Notes: generated by a model from the letters alone, not told the origin. Positions 12,428 to 25,099 are shown, counted from the first letter of the whole stretch. The stretch: DNA of 63,625 nucleotides, filler included, from Nemertoderma westbladi (GCA_032718475.1; 3 parts of 3 records of this genome joined end to end with filler, not necessarily neighbours in it), one strand, 5' to 3'. Made by a program: numbers and translations.

Positions 12428-12433
12428 TGCATG
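12428..12433 (+). promoter_or_regulatory. TGCATG (Rbfox-type) splicing element downstream of the microexon
   Basis: Exact TGCATG 25 nt after the microexon donor. Confidence 0.5.
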
Positions 12434-13590
12434 GCTTAGTTGTTGTTTCAGTTTGGCGCTACAAAACGAACTTCAGAAATTTATATTGTATAATTTTCGC
12501 ACCTTTTTAGTTTGAATACTTCGGATTTATAAATAAGAGGTTATCATAAGAGGGTTGAGTTAGCCTCAAGAGGTTTTTATGTTGTAGTTGATATCATTGA
12601 GAAGTAATGGATTACAATTTAATTCCAATTCACATTTATTTATGAAGAATTGTTTTTTAGTTTTTGTTTCTCAATGTTAGCTCTTAGTGTAAGGCATATA
12701 GTTTTTGTTTATTGTCGATAAATAATTAATTACCATCGTCTACGACCAAGTCGTTCTAGAACTAGATTTGTTAGTTCTAGAACGCTTGGACCCCAGTCTC
12801 TCATTATTAAACGTTAACCAACATTTAGAATCAACTCAGAAACACCAAAGATTTTCTTCTTCTTACATTTAGTTGCCATAGTTTCCAATGTAAATAATTT
12901 TTCACACATTTTTTATGAGTTAATCTTTTATTGGCTTTACATTTATTATACGTCTTTACACTTTCATGGGGCCTTCGCGCAGCACGAGATTCAGTCAACC
13001 CGATAAGCTGTAATCCGAGTAATTGTTTGTATTTACAATACGCCGCCATTGAACTTCAGATTCTTTCAAAACCTTTGACAGACCTCATATGTACCAAGTT
13101 TGGTTTAATTTCTCAATGATTGACTGACTTACTTCGGTTTTTATCAAAAGTCTGAAAATACCGGTACCGATAGACAGACTGTCTCATTGTTGTCCAAACT
13201 TCAGATTCTTTCCAAACTTTTCACGGACTACATAACACACGTACATGCATACGTTTATTGATAAACAAAAAGGTTCACATTTAAATGTATAAATTGTTAC
13301 TAAGCAATGCAATACGTTAACTACACAAAGTGTGGTCTTCGCGCAGCACGTGACATAAAGGTCTTGTCTTATGTTGAGTATCGACTGGAATGAATTATAA
13401 CTAGACTATAACTAGAGGCAGACTGGGTAACTGCAGTCGACTTAGGACCTCACCAAAACTCTGTGGTCTACTGAAAGGGCTGCAGGTTTTCATTTCAGAT
13501 ATTTCTAAAATGTTTTCTTTTCCGCCCACTTGTGGTACACGGGAGAACTGCCGAGGGATAACTGTCCCAACAAAAACGCAGCCTATGGAT

Positions 13591-13690
13591 NNNNNNNNNN
13601 NNNNNNNNNNNNNNNNNNNNNNNNNNNNNNNNNNTTAATTAATTAANNNNNNNNNNNNNNNNNNNNNNNNNNNNNNNNNNNNNNNNNNNN
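13591..13690. other. Artificial contig linker N44-TTAATTAATTAA-N44
   Basis: Six-frame stop cassette between N runs, identical to the linker at 42151. Confidence 0.97.
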
Positions 13691-16600
13691 TAATGTCCAA
13701 TATAACTGGCAGTTATTTAATTATAACCGTGAGTTGTAAGCCAGGTTCAAACCGAAAGTTTTTAATGTCCAATATAACTGGCAGTTATTTAATTATAACC
13801 GTGAGTTGTAAGCCAGGTTCAAACCGAAAGTTTTTAATGTCCAATATAACTGGCAGTTATTTAATTATAACCGTGAGTTGTAAGCCAGGTTCAAACCGAA
13901 AGTTTTTAATGTCCAATATAACTGGCAGTTATTTAATTATAACCGTGAGTTGTAAGCCAGGTTCAAACCGAAAGTTTTTAATGTCCAATATAACTGGCAG
14001 TTATTTAATTATAACCGTGAGTTGTAAGCCAGGTTCAAACCGAAAGTTTTTAATGTCCAATATAACTGGCAGTTATTTAATTATAACCGTGAGTTGTAAG
14101 CCAGGTTCAAACCGAAAGTTTTTAATGTCCAATATAACTGGCAGTTATTTAATTATAACCGTGAGTTGTAAGCCAGGTTCAAACCGAAAGTTTTTAATGT
14201 CCAATATAACTGGCAGTTATTTAATTATAACCGTGAGTTGTAAGCCAGGTTCAAACCGAAAGTTTTTAATGTCCAATATAACTGGCAGTTATTTAATTAT
14301 AACCGTGAGTTGTAAGCCAGGTTCAAACCGAAAGTTTTTAATGTCCAATATAACTGGCAGTTATTTAATTATAACCGTGAGTTGTAAGCCAGGTTCAAAC
14401 CGAAAGTTTTTAATGTCCAATATAACTGGCAGTTATTTAATTATAACCGTGAGTTGTAAGCCAGGTTCAAACCGAAAGTTTTTAATGTCCAATATAACTG
14501 GCAGTTATTTAATTATAACCGTGAGTTGTAAGCCAGGTTCAAACCGAAAGTTTTTAATGTCCAATATAACTGGCAGTTATTTAATTATAACCGTGAGTTG
14601 TAAGCCAGGTTCAAACCGAAAGTTTTTAATGTCCAATATAACTGGCAGTTATTTAATTATAACCGTGAGTTGTAAGCCAGGTTCAAACCGAAAGTTTTTA
14701 ATGTCCAATATAACTGGCAGTTATTTAATTATAACCGTGAGTTGTAAGCCAGGTTCAAACCGAAAGTTTTTAATGTCCAATATAACTGGCAGTTATTTAA
14801 TTATAACCGTGAGTTGTAAGCCAGGTTCAAACCGAAAGTTTTTAATGTCCAATATAACTGGCAGTTATTTAATTATAACCGTGAGTTGTAAGCCAGGTTC
14901 AAACCGAAAGTTTTTAATGTCCAATATAACTGGCAGTTATTTAATTATAACCGTGAGTTGTAAGCCAGGTTCAAACCGAAAGTTTTTAATGTCCAATATA
15001 ACTGGCAGTTATTTAATTATAACCGTGAGTTGTAAGCCAGGTTCAAACCGAAAGTTTTTAATGTCCAATATAACTGGCAGTTATTTAATTATAACCGTGA
15101 GTTGTAAGCCAGGTTCAAACCGAAAGTTTTTAATGTCCAATATAACTGGCAGTTATTTAATTATAACCGTGAGTTGTAAGCCAGGTTCAAACCGAAAGTT
15201 TTTAATGTCCAATATAACTGGCAGTTATTTAATTATAACCGTGAGTTGTAAGCCAGGTTCAAACCGAAAGTTTTTAATGTCCAATATAACTGGCAGTTAT
15301 TTAATTATAACCGTGAGTTGTAAGCCAGGTTCAAACCGAAAGTTTTTAATGTCCAATATAACTGGCAGTTATTTAATTATAACCGTGAGTTGTAAGCCAG
15401 GTTCAAACCGAAAGTTTTTAATGTCCAATATAACTGGCAGTTATTTAATTATAACCGTGAGTTGTAAGCCAGGTTCAAACCGAAAGTTTTTAATGTCCAA
15501 TATAACTGGCAGTTATTTAATTATAACCGTGAGTTGTAAGCCAGGTTCAAACCGAAAGTTTTTAATGTCCAATATAACTGGCAGTTATTTAATTATAACC
15601 GTGAGTTGTAAGCCAGGTTCAAACCGAAAGTTTTTAATGTCCAATATAACTGGCAGTTATTTAATTATAACCGTGAGTTGTAAGCCAGGTTCAAACCGAA
15701 AGTTTTTAATGTCCAATATAACTGGCAGTTATTTAATTATAACCGTGAGTTGTAAGCCAGGTTCAAACCGAAAGTTTTTAATGTCCAATATAACTGGCAG
15801 TTATTTAATTATAACCGTGAGTTGTAAGCCAGGTTCAAACCGAAAGTTTTTAATGTCCAATATAACTGGCAGTTATTTAATTATAACCGTGAGTTGTAAG
15901 CCAGGTTCAAACCGAAAGTTTTTAATGTCCAATATAACTGGCAGTTATTTAATTATAACCGTGAGTTGTAAGCCAGGTTCAAACCGAAAGTTTTTAATGT
16001 CCAATATAACTGGCAGTTATTTAATTATAACCGTGAGTTGTAAGCCAGGTTCAAACCGAAAGTTTTTAATGTCCAATATAACTGGCAGTTATTTAATTAT
16101 AACCGTGAGTTGTAAGCCAGGTTCAAACCGAAAGTTTTTAATGTCCAATATAACTGGCAGTTATTTAATTATAACCGTGAGTTGTAAGCCAGGTTCAAAC
16201 CGAAAGTTTTTAATGTCCAATATAACTGGCAGTTATTTAATTATAACCGTGAGTTGTAAGCCAGGTTCAAACCGAAAGTTTTTAATGTCCAATATAACTG
16301 GCAGTTATTTAATTATAACCGTGAGTTGTAAGCCAGGTTCAAACCGAAAGTTTTTAATGTCCAATATAACTGGCAGTTATTTAATTATAACCGTGAGTTG
16401 TAAGCCAGGTTCAAACCGAAAGTTTTTAATGTCCAATATAACTGGCAGTTATTTAATTATAACCGTGAGTTGTAAGCCAGGTTCAAACCGAAAGTTTTTA
16501 ATGTCCAATATAACTGGCAGTTATTTAATTATAACCGTGAGTTGTAAGCCAGGTTCAAACCGAAAGTTTTTAATGTCCAATATAACTGGCAGTTATTTAA

Positions 16601-18628
16601 TTATAACCGTGAGTTGTAAGCCAGGTTCAAACCGAAAGTTTTTAATGTCCAATATAACTGGCAGTTATTTAATTATAACCGTGAGTTGTAAGCCAGGTTC
16701 AAACCGAAAGTTTTTAATGTCCAATATAACTGGCAGTTATTTAATTATAACCGTGAGTTGTAAGCCAGGTTCAAACCGAAAGTTTTTAATGTCCAATATA
16801 ACTGGCAGTTATTTAATTATAACCGTGAGTTGTAAGCCAGGTTCAAACCGAAAGTTTTTAATGTCCAATATAACTGGCAGTTATTTAATTATAACCGTGA
16901 GTTGTAAGCCAGGTTCAAACCGAAAGTTTTTAATGTCCAATATAACTGGCAGTTATTTAATTATAACCGTGAGTTGTAAGCCAGGTTCAAACCGAAAGTT
17001 TTTAATGTCCAATATAACTGGCAGTTATTTAATTATAACCGTGAGTTGTAAGCCAGGTTCAAACCGAAAGTTTTTAATGTCCAATATAACTGGCAGTTAT
17101 TTAATTATAACCGTGAGTTGTAAGCCAGGTTCAAACCGAAAGTTTTTAATGTCCAATATAACTGGCAGTTATTTAATTATAACCGTGAGTTGTAAGCCAG
17201 GTTCAAACCGAAAGTTTTTAATGTCCAATATAACTGGCAGTTATTTAATTATAACCGTGAGTTGTAAGCCAGGTTCAAACCGAAAGTTTTTAATGTCCAA
17301 TATAACTGGCAGTTATTTAATTATAACCGTGAGTTGTAAGCCAGGTTCAAACCGAAAGTTTTTAATGTCCAATATAACTGGCAGTTATTTAATTATAACC
17401 GTGAGTTGTAAGCCAGGTTCAAACCGAAAGTTTTTAATGTCCAATATAACTGGCAGTTATTTAATTATAACCGTGAGTTGTAAGCCAGGTTCAAACCGAA
17501 AGTTTTTAATGTCCAATATAACTGGCAGTTATTTAATTATAACCGTGAGTTGTAAGCCAGGTTCAAACCGAAAGTTTTTAATGTCCAATATAACTGGCAG
17601 TTATTTAATTATAACCGTGAGTTGTAAGCCAGGTTCAAACCGAAAGTTTTTAATGTCCAATATAACTGGCAGTTATTTAATTATAACCGTGAGTTGTAAG
17701 CCAGGTTCAAACCGAAAGTTTTTAATGTCCAATATAACTGGCAGTTATTTAATTATAACCGTGAGTTGTAAGCCAGGTTCAAACCGAAAGTTTTTAATGT
17801 CCAATATAACTGGCAGTTATTTAATTATAACCGTGAGTTGTAAGCCAGGTTCAAACCGAAAGTTTTTAATGTCCAATATAACTGGCAGTTATTTAATTAT
17901 AACCGTGAGTTGTAAGCCAGGTTCAAACCGAAAGTTTTTAATGTCCAATATAACTGGCAGTTATTTAATTATAACCGTGAGTTGTAAGCCAGGTTCAAAC
18001 CGAAAGTTTTTAATGTCCAATATAACTGGCAGTTATTTAATTATAACCGTGAGTTGTAAGCCAGGTTCAAACCGAAAGTTTTTAATGTCCAATATAACTG
18101 GCAGTTATTTAATTATAACCGTGAGTTGTAAGCCAGGTTCAAACCGAAAGTTTTTAATGTCCAATATAACTGGCAGTTATTTAATTATAACCGTGAGTTG
18201 TAAGCCAGGTTCAAACCGAAAGTTTTTAATGTCCAATATAACTGGCAGTTATTTAATTATAACCGTGAGTTGTAAGCCAGGTTCAAACCGAAAGTTTTTA
18301 ATGTCCAATATAACTGGCAGTTATTTAATTATAACCGTGAGTTGTAAGCCAGGTTCAAACCGAAAGTTTTTAATGTCCAATATAACTGGCAGTTATTTAA
18401 TTATAACCGTGAGTTGTAAGCCAGGTTCAAACCGAAAGTTTTTAATGTCCAATATAACTGGCAGTTATTTAATTATAACCGTGAGTTGTAAGCCAGGTTC
18501 AAACCGAAAGTTTTTAATGTCCAATATAACTGGCAGTTATTTAATTATAACCGTGAGTTGTAAGCCAGGTTCAAACCGAAAGTTTTTAATGTCCAATATA
18601 ACTGGCAGTTATTTAATTATAACCGTGA
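13691..18628 (+). repeat. 72-bp satellite, about 68.5 apparently identical copies
   Basis: Unit taatgtccaatataactggcagttatttaattataaccgtgagttgtaagccaggttcaaaccgaaagtttt. The 24-aa periodic ORF shows no variation. Confidence 0.98.
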
Positions 18629-18896
18629 ATTGTAGGTCAGTATCAGCAATCATTTTGTAATGAAAATTGTTAACTTCCAGTTATGCAAATAACCGCCGGT
18701 TACATTACATTTTATTAATTACAAATATTTAATTTAAATTATAACCAACGGTAATTGACATCAACTGTTGGTTCAAATATGATATGTTGATATTCACTAT
18801 TATGATGTAATTTAACTACCGGTTTAATTTTGCTACTCCCGGTAGAGCCGTGTAACCGTTGGTTCATTTAGTAACCGGCACTTTGTTTTTTCAGTG
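18629..18896. mobile_element. Right end of a CMC/EnSpm-like non-autonomous DNA transposon
   Basis: Ends TTTTTTCAGTG (reverse complement CACTGAAAAAA). Preceded by repeated AAC-N5-GTT subterminal motifs also present in the 72-bp unit. Confidence 0.55.
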
Positions 18897-19258
18897 TAGT
18901 CATAAAAAGTGCTACTTTTCACACAATATTATAAATAGTTATAATCTTTACCTACGGCCTCCGTGGTGGTTCACACTTGTTGAAATTATAATAAATTGGA
19001 GATGAGCTGTTAATGCAACTGTAATTAATAATGTAACGAAAATGGACATTTGGTCTCCCACCTCAACTCCAATTTATTTATTTAATATCACCTGGTAGAA
19101 ATACTCGAGCTGAATATTTATTTATTTGTACTTCCTTCCTGTTTCACTCTAACATACTTGAGGCCGGTAGGTCCGCTGTTTAGAATATAATATGCAACTT
19201 AAGACTGCCGGACTTAAGACTTAAGACTGAAAACTTAAGACTAGTGGCTGAGCTGATT

Positions 19259-19304
19259 AGCGCTACTGATGAGGCCTGATAGGCCGACACGTACGTATAG
19301 CGCT
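19259..19304 (+). ncRNA. Minimal type I hammerhead ribozyme (Penelope-like), with GAAA changed to GACA
   Basis: agcgcta CTGATGA ggcct gat aggcc GACA cgtacg TA tagcgct: 7-bp stem I, CUGAUGA core, 5-bp stem II, palindromic minimal stem III and a GUA cleavage triplet. Confidence 0.8.
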
Positions 19305-19409
19305 GGTTCAACCCCCGCTGACGCGCTCTCTCATTTTTTTCCACTTCTGAACAAAACCATTTACGTTACATCAATCCATTATAATGACATAAGATGGATA
19401 TACTACTAC

Positions 19410-19580
19410 AGTACCACTAGATCGAGCGAGCTCGGACAGTGGAAATGAGATCCTTCCAGGCTTCCCGATTCTCCTTTGATAATTAATTGTCGCAATTTCG
19501 TTTCTCTCAAGTCCAGTATCCCTTTCAAGCTGGTATATATTATGTATCCTATACATGTTATACGTCCACGTCCATGTTAT
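19410..19580 (+). repeat. Dispersed repeat family X copy
   Basis: cgagcgagctcggacagtggaaatgagatccttccaggcttcccgattctcc...gtatccctttcaagctgg is shared with 24925-25080 and, inverted, with 8075-8218. Confidence 0.85.
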
Positions 19581-20172
19581 ATTCTTCTACGTCCATAAAA
19601 CTCGGCGTTTGTCATGTGTTGTGTTTAGGGCTGCAGGTAAATTTTCCTTTCTTAGCTCAGAAAGTGATCTTTTGCATCCCGATTTTATATTTTGTATCCA
19701 AGTTTTATTTATGGATTTTATCAATGCAATACATTGTATTGTTTGCTAATCTTTAAACAATTAATTAGATGACCTATAGATTCCATCCTCCGAATGATAC
19801 ATATACTGTTTTTTTTACTGTAGAGTTATAATAATTAATTGTTATTATTATCTAATTGTTTTCTTCAAATTGTAGTAGATGGGGATGACTATATGCAATC
19901 AAAAGTATACCTTTCTAGGGTAAAATCGACATGCGTCGACCTGTATTATGTGTTCAGCATTATTGATAAACTAATTAAATTTCCTGGTTACTTGCAATTA
20001 TTTTTAATAGGATTTTGTTGAATTATATAATATTATAGTAATTTTTATATTTAATTTGGTTAACATTCAATACAGCTCCTACTTTAGGCTTAGTCAATTT
20101 ATTATCTGATGATACAAACATGAATTTATTATTTAAAAATGGTCTTAAGTCTTTCACCACGGGCACACAGGG

Positions 20173-20312
20173 AAATGCCGGGGTTTGGGGGAGGCAGCCC
20201 CCAACAAAAGAAGCGGTGGTTTGGGGGCGGCAGCCCCCAAGAAAAGAAGCAGGGGTTTGGGGGCGGCAGCCCCCAAGAAAAGAAGCAGGGGTTTGGGGGC
20301 GGCAGCCCCCAA
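20173..20312 (+). repeat. 36-bp GC-rich tandem repeat, 4 copies
   Basis: aagcaggggtttgggggcggcagcccccaagaaaag. Each unit contains a ttggggg...cccccaa hairpin. Confidence 0.9.
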
Positions 20313-20489
20313 TTAAAAGAAAAACAAACAAAATTTGACTAAAAATGTTTCTTTTATAATTTAAAAAAAACTTGTTTAGATAGGCCTACAACTTGTCCTG
20401 TATCTTTAACTTTTGTTTATCGCGTTGATGCCAGATTAATTTTAACACTTTAAACTGGGGGGGGGGGGGGGGGGGGGGGTGTCCTGTGT

Positions 20490-20604
20490 TTGTCAGTGTC
20501 CAAGTCTCATCACCCCCGTATAACTTTCCACTGTGGCTCGAAAGAACTTTGTCTTCAGATGCCCGGGGAGGTCTGATTTCCAGATGGTATCCATTTTGAT
20601 AGAG
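20490..20604 (-). mobile_element. RTE-like LINE family A fragment
   Basis: Reverse complement matches about 7657-7772 (atggataccatctggaaatcaga...ttctttcgagccacagtggaaag). Confidence 0.85.
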
Positions 20605-22040
20605 GTAAAGCTAATAGATGGATATTAATTTTATCAATCGATATTTTATAGGACGCCGATAATCTGACATACCGGCAATACTTCTTTCTATAAACACCTA
20701 AGATAACAGTTGACATATTATCTTATCAACTATGTTAATTAAAGATGGCGAGTTTTATGCAGGGATAGGGGGGAAATTGGACGCAATAAAAATTCATCCC
20801 TCTCCAGGGGAAATTGGACGCAAATAACAGCTGATTACTCTCTAAAATAAAGCTGTAACCTGTTCTATTGTGTTTAGTTTATTGTTTTGGTTAAAATAAC
20901 GTGCCACTGTAACCTGCTCCTTTCCCTAAATTGAGAATTTAACATTGAGGCGGGATATTAATTCGCCAAGATGGGATTTGCGTCCAGCTTCCCCCGTCCC
21001 CCCCCCCCCCCCCTCCCTGTCTCGTTTTGTGACATTAAATATAATTAATTCGAATCTGACCGCCAAATGTTATCTACCAAGGTTTTTTTTTCGCCGAAAC
21101 GCCTTTATTTTCTCGGAAAAGAAGAGAAATACACTCATCACTGCAGTTCAATTAAATCAAGAATATAGAAACCGTGATAAATGAAAACACAGGAATACTT
21201 GTTACACAGGAATACATGGTTGTGGTAAGCTTCACTCTCCTTCGGGAAAATCATTGCATTAGAATACATAGCTCGTAGGGGCTTATCTTACAGAGTTGAG
21301 TACCCATGTTGTTGGATCTATGGTGGGGGGAGGGGGGGAAGAGGCGAGAACACTCTCTGTTCATCGCATCCACTTAGCGTCGCATGTATAACGCAGTACT
21401 ACTAAGAAAACGGCTTTGTTCCATCGCGCGAGTAATCAAGATTCATGTGACTCGATTCGCAGACGATACGTGGAAATTAGGGAAGGCTTTTATCGACTGA
21501 TATTTAAATTGAACTTATTTTCTGTGGGACTATAATAGTAATGAGTTGGACGTCGGGTTTAGTGGAAGTTGTTAAAATTCATGAGGTTTGGCTGAGTGGG
21601 CTAGGCCGCAGGTGGTGCTGAGTCGAAAGTGGACGGCGATAAAATATTAAGTTATATAACTTAGTATTTCACGGCCGAAGGCTATTTATATAAATTGCAG
21701 GTGACACACATACACATACCGTAATGATTTAGATCCATTTTTATTGCAAATTATCAGAAATAGAAAATGAAAAAAACAAAAGTGGCCGAAAATATGATCA
21801 AAATGAACATGCTGGTTCCAAAAATGTGGTATCGGAAAGTAAAAATGGAAAATAACGGAGGAATAGTCTTTTAGCGAAATTATTTTTAAATCTCACGTCG
21901 GGGCAAATAAATTTTTATTTACTTTAGTTCATTCTCTTTTCGAAGGTATATCGTTTTATATGCATTTTTCAACCACTTTGGAGATATATTCAAATTTAAA
22001 AACGCACTAGCCCCCCCCCCCCCCCCCCTTAAATTGAGCT

Positions 22041-22430
22041 TAAGGTCTGCCTATATAACGGTGTATAAATTAAGGTCTGCCTATATAACGGTGTATAAAT
22101 TAAGGTCTGCCTATATAACGGTGTATAAATTAAGGTCTGCCTATATAACGTTGTATAAATTAAGGTCTGCCTATATAACGGTGTATAAATTAAGGTCTGC
22201 CTATATAACGGTGTATAAATTAAGGTCTGCCTATATAACGGTGTATAAATTAAGGTCTGCCTATATAGCGGTGTATAAATTAAGGTCTGCCTATATAACG
22301 GTGTATAAATTAAGGTCTGCCTATATAACGGTGTATAAATTAAGGTCTGCCTATATAACGGTGTATAAATTAAGGTCTGCCTATATAACGGTGTATAAAT
22401 TAAGGTCTGCCTATATAACGGTGTATAAAT
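22041..22430 (+). repeat. 30-bp minisatellite, 13 copies
   Basis: Unit taaggtctgcctatataacggtgtataaat. Confidence 0.97.
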
Positions 22431-22464
22431 GACAATATTATAGAGACGATGTATAAATGATGTA

Positions 22465-23410
22465 GGGGAGAGCAGGGATGGTTGGTTGAACCGCGAGGAG
22501 GGGTGAATCAGTGCAATTTAAAGGAGAACGCTTGGGTTTGGCGTTTCCATGGATACAGCATTATAAAGACAATTAAAATCTGCACCTACTGTTGTATTTA
22601 GTCCAACTCTAGCCTACATGCTGCTTTGCTATGAAGGAAAGAATGATTTTCCCACCTGTTTTCTAGAACCGATACCTCTGTTTTTGATCACTCCCATTTA
22701 ATTGATTTTACAATTCACCAATAAATTTGATACTTTTCTGGTCGAGAAATTATTCAGCTTCAAAATTAGATATGGATGATTACGTCACTGGTCTGCACTT
22801 TTCGTACACAATGCATTTTTCAAAAAATGGAGTAGTGTGGGAGGCTTGAATCAATGGATGGGTAGGAGGGTTGAACCACTTTCCTATTGGTTGACCTGGG
22901 TTCTTATCTACGGATATGGATGGTATTTATTGACTACGCTTCTTTCAGTGTTACTTTCTTGTCAATCCGTGGTGACAGGTAGTAGATAATATTATTGTAA
23001 AATAAAAAAAATGACAGTTATTGATGGAGATAAAATATTTATTTGACAAAAGTGAGATGTCACTGGCAGACTGACTGACTAACTGGCAGAATGCACTGAC
23101 AAATATACATAAATACTAATTTTCCTCGATATATATTCATTTGATAACATTGGTTCTATGGGTGGTTCAACCCTCCTAACCCCCCTGATTCAAGCCTCCT
23201 ATCTGGGATAGGAGGCGTGAACCAGAAAACTCGACTCGGGAAAACACTTATTTCTCATATAATGCATGATTTTAGCACTTTAATATGAATTCCTATAGAT
23301 GCAGAATAGATTAGTTTTATTTATTTGCGCAATTTCAACTTGAAGCTACGATGTGGATCAGAATAAATCAATTTTTTGTAAATTTTGGTTCAACCCTCCT
23401 TACTCACCCC
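22465..23410. mobile_element. Non-autonomous DNA transposon (MITE) with GGGG termini and TA target duplication
   Basis: TA|GGGGAGAGCAGGGA...GGTTGAACC at the left and GGTTCAACCCTCCTTACTCACCCC|TA at the right. Internal ggagggttgaacc-like motifs occur in both orientations. Confidence 0.75.
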
Positions 23411-24924
23411 TACTGCTTGACATTAAACTAACATGAACACAGATAGAATAATTAACAATATAATTAATCAATTTACAATAATTAGTGAAATGTTGTTCAA
23501 CTGTGGCTCTTTGCTAGGGAAAACTAGGTGTAGTTGTGTGCATTTAATTTCGCGTTCCATAATGTTGATAATATGCAAATATTTCGATTATCGCACATTG
23601 AATCGTTCCCAACTTTGTTTCAAACCATTTGGTTATAGTTAGTTACACAAGTTATACATACCTACATACCTACATTCATATACATACATACATCGATCGT
23701 GTTTTTACCTCAGTTTTGGACAAAAACTACCAAATCTAAAAGACAGGTTCGTTTTAATACAAGGAATACAATTTAAATTATGGAAGGAATTGTTACTGAC
23801 AAACAAGAGTTACAAGGTTGTAGGCCTAGAGAGTAGATTTACCTTCTGTAGCTAGCTAGCAGGTTCGGCCGTTGTAGCTTGTAGGATGTCAGTCCCAAAT
23901 TAATTGGGTTTTTTACTAATGCAACATTTCCGCTTATTTCCTTTTGGCAGGTATTATTAATGTTAATCTATGATTTATAGTAATTATGTCCTTATACAAC
24001 GGTACTCTCCATAGAAAAGTCCTTTGAAACTAAAGTATTCTACGTTCCCTGAAATCTCTTATCTGCAGTAAGTGCTAATTGCGCCGTTGCTGGGCCACCT
24101 GGCAGCTGTCACTACCCCCGGATGCAGAATGTCATGTGTTTACAATAAATATTCACCATAAGTTATCAGGCAGTTAAATAGTGGAGCGGTTAGGTGGGGG
24201 GGATTTTTGATGCATTCAAAAATCAACTATATCACCATTCTAATCGATGCAAAGCGTAAATATTAAATTGTAACATGACTTTCGTTTATTGTTTTGGTTT
24301 GAATAACGTGGCACGGTTGCCTGTACTTTTTTTTCATAATCGACAATTAACATCATTAATTTTCCGAAGATGGGATTTGCATCAAGCCTACCCCCACCAC
24401 TGATAATTCCAGGGTGTCGGGTAAAATCAAGTTTTGTTTTTAAGCAATTTTATTTCCTGTCCTTGCCATATTTTTAGTACCAAAAGAAACAATATGGCTA
24501 TACTGGTGCAGGGGGTTGTTTCTACTTCCGGTGTTTCTTCTAGAGGGATTAAGTGCCCAAATGCTGAGAGATAATATGTATGGCGTCCAAGTTTAGGGGC
24601 TAGAAATGAACATTGATAATTAATTCACCGATTCGGGATTTTAATTCGAGGATATGGGATTTGCGTCACTCCCCATCCTCCCCTACCCACGTTGGATACT
24701 GTCACAGTCACTGTCTCGTATCCCAAACATACAGACACACATCCGGACTCCGGCAACTGTGATGGAAAACCATGAATTACCTCTACCTATTATATTAATT
24801 AATAGTCATATTGTTCACTAATGGCTCTGTCTCGCGTCACTGAGTGTCTTATAATATTCACAGTGCTATAATACTAACCAGCTAACTGCACATGAATTGG
24901 TGCTAAGTGAATGTAAGCGCGAGC

Positions 24925-25080
24925 ATACCACTTCTAAGTCGAGCGAACTCGGACAGCGGAAATGAGATCCTTCCAGGCTTCCTGATTCTCCGTAGTTGTC
25001 GCAATTTAGTTTCTCTCAAGTTCAGTATCCCTTTCAAGCTGGTCTATATATGTTATGGCCGGTCGTCCACGTTGTGTTGA
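24925..25080 (+). repeat. Dispersed repeat family X copy
   Basis: Matches 19410-19580. Confidence 0.85.
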
Positions 25081-25099
25081 TTGCCAGAAAAATAGATCT

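Noticed and set aside
13693-18660. 1655-aa ORF
   Set aside because: It is the translation of a 72-bp satellite with one stop-free frame. There is no synonymous variation and no non-repeat domain.
20457-20479. Long G/C homopolymers (also near 21000, 22011, 41546, 48785, 53843)
   Set aside because: They are common simple repeats with unreliable length and no specific function evident.
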